Of a stretch of 5,939 nt of DNA, positions 5,512 to 5,939 are shown one piece after another. Numbering within the stretch: position 1 is the first letter of the stretch; every line of letters starts with the position of its first letter. The stretch lies in IMG/VR virus record IMGVR_UViG_3300045988_036540; one strand, given 5' to 3'. The position numbers and the translations under genes were made by a program. Source of the stretch: a virus. The notes under the pieces are model-generated. The model did not search any database. It saw only the letters and a program-made list of their open reading frames with translations, and had not been told where the DNA came from.

Positions 5512-5540
5512 ATTGTATCATATTTTCGGAAAAAAGTCAA
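5512..5540 (-). promoter_or_regulatory. Sigma70/SigA-type promoter with extended -10, driving the whole minus-strand gene block
   Basis: Minus strand reads TTGACT (5535-5540), a 17-nt spacer TTTTTCCGAAAATATGA, then TACAAT (5512-5517). The TG one base upstream of the -10 gives a TGnTACAAT extended -10. An A/T-rich UP-like stretch (CTCAAAAAATC) lies directly upstream. The first ATG is ~28 nt downstream of the -10. Confidence 0.8.
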
Positions 5541-5579
5541 GATTTTTTGAGAAAGAGTTAGAAAAACTTTGTCTTAAAG

Positions 5580-5619
5580 GTCATGCGTTAGGCGCGGTGC
5601 GCCGTACGAAGAGCATGAC
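5580..5619. other. Nested GC-rich hairpin in the noncoding region, ~40 nt upstream of the promoter -35
   Basis: Outer 7-bp stem pairs 5580-5586 (gtcatgc) with 5613-5619 (gcatgac). Inner 5-bp stem pairs 5591-5595 (ggcgc) with 5599-5603 (gcgcc) around a 3-nt loop. It sits in a GC-rich island (5581-5650) within otherwise AT-rich noncoding DNA. Confidence 0.6.
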
Positions 5620-5658
5620 GTGACTTTCCGGCCAGCTGCCGAACTGCCTCTAATTGAG

Positions 5659-5835
5659 TTTTCAACACTTTCAACACTTTCAACAGGTTTTCCACAAAAA
5701 GTTGCACAAATGGTTTTGTGCATATTGCTACACTTTCAACAATTCAACAAGTTTTCCACAAAATTATCAACATTAAAATTAGTCACAAAATATCGTTTCA
5801 ATGATAGAAATTCATAGTATTCAACATTTCAACAC
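5659..5835. repeat. Iteron array: eight same-orientation TCAACA cores plus two copies of GTTTTCCACAAAA (DnaA-box-like core TTTTCCACA)
   Basis: TCAACA occurs at 5662, 5671, 5680, 5736, 5744, 5767, 5821 and 5829. The first three form 9-bp tandem units (TTTCAACAC, TTTCAACAC, TTTCAACAG; 5660-5686). GTTTTCCACAAAA occurs at 5687-5699 and 5751-5763. Confidence 0.9.
5703..5722. other. Perfect 8-bp hairpin (tgcacaaa / tttgtgca, 4-nt loop) centred between the two halves of the iteron array
   Basis: 5703-5710 tgcacaaa pairs with 5715-5722 tttgtgca; the loop is 5711-5714 (tggt). It is flanked by the direct repeats CACTTTCAACA..GTTTTCCACAAAA at 5675-5699 and 5731-5763. Confidence 0.75.
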
Positions 5836-5840
5836 TCCCT

Positions 5841-5939
5841 ACTACTACGACTACAACAAGTAAATAATAATATAATAAAAATCGTGCGTGCATGTGCGCG
5901 ATTACGTGCGCGTGCGCGCGCTGATAAACCTAAAAAAAT
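5841..5939. repeat. Terminal redundancy, copy 2 (identical to 1-99)
   Basis: Same comparison as copy 1. Confidence 0.95.

Larger units (their letters stand above)
1..5840 (-). mobile_element. Complete circular Microviridae (gokushovirus-like) phage genome unit, 5,840 nt; viral/coding strand is the window minus strand
   Basis: The full Microviridae core set (VP1, VP2, VP3, VP4, a small basic DNA-binding protein) is present on one strand. An exact 99-nt repeat at both window ends closes the circle. Circular order VP5-like, VP3, VP1, VP2, VP4 matches gokushovirus synteny as I recall it. Confidence 0.9.

Noticed and set aside
5660-5686. Possible CRISPR array or other spacer-repeat structure
   Set aside because: The repeats are 6-13 bp and either tandem or irregularly spaced. 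CRISPR arrays have 24-48-bp repeats separated by unique spacers of similar length. No cas genes are present.
5574-5817. ORFs crossing the repeat region: plus-strand 5620-5817 (65 aa, STLSTLSTGFPQK...) and a hand-found minus-strand 49-aa ORF 5574-5723 (…VESVESVEN…)
   Set aside because: The periodic peptide sequences are simply translations of the 9-bp DNA iterons. Neither has an SD, and the minus-strand ORF lies upstream of the promoter. The region is better explained as noncoding repeats.

Overview
This window is one complete, circularly permuted genome of a small ssDNA phage of the family Microviridae, with gokushovirus-like gene content and order. It is given as the reverse complement of the coding (viral) strand. 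Bases 1-99 recur exactly at 5841-5939, so the unit is 5,840 nt and the repeat is most simply assembly overlap of a circle. Every credible gene is on the minus strand in one tightly packed, co-directional block. Reading the minus strand from high to low coordinates, the order is:
- a near-consensus sigma70-type promoter (5512-5540)
- a cassette of small unknown ORFs: 61 aa, a Cys/His-rich 60 aa, a possible 27 aa, and 75 aa
- a 39-aa Arg/Lys-rich DNA-binding protein ending in MRGGIRL
- a possible 25-aa hydrophobic miniprotein
- a 78-aa VP5-like protein
- VP3 scaffold
- VP1 major capsid
- a GC hairpin
- VP2 pilot / minor capsid protein
- VP4 HUH replication initiator
- an intrinsic terminator (92-140)
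Genes are linked by Shine-Dalgarno sites and by overlapping or abutting stop and start codons. The remaining ~0.5 kb (5484-5840 plus 1-150) is noncoding and unusually structured. It holds eight same-orientation TCAACA iterons, two 13-bp repeats with DnaA-box-like cores, a hairpin flanked by direct repeats, a nested GC hairpin, a pure A/T tract next to two 18-nt alternating pyrimidine-purine GC tracts, and a terminator built from mutually exclusive palindromes. The most interesting parts are this origin-like noncoding module and the promoter-proximal accessory cassette. Together they account for the genome being larger than the ~4.4-5 kb I recall as typical for gokushoviruses. All homology statements come from motif recognition by eye; no database search was run.
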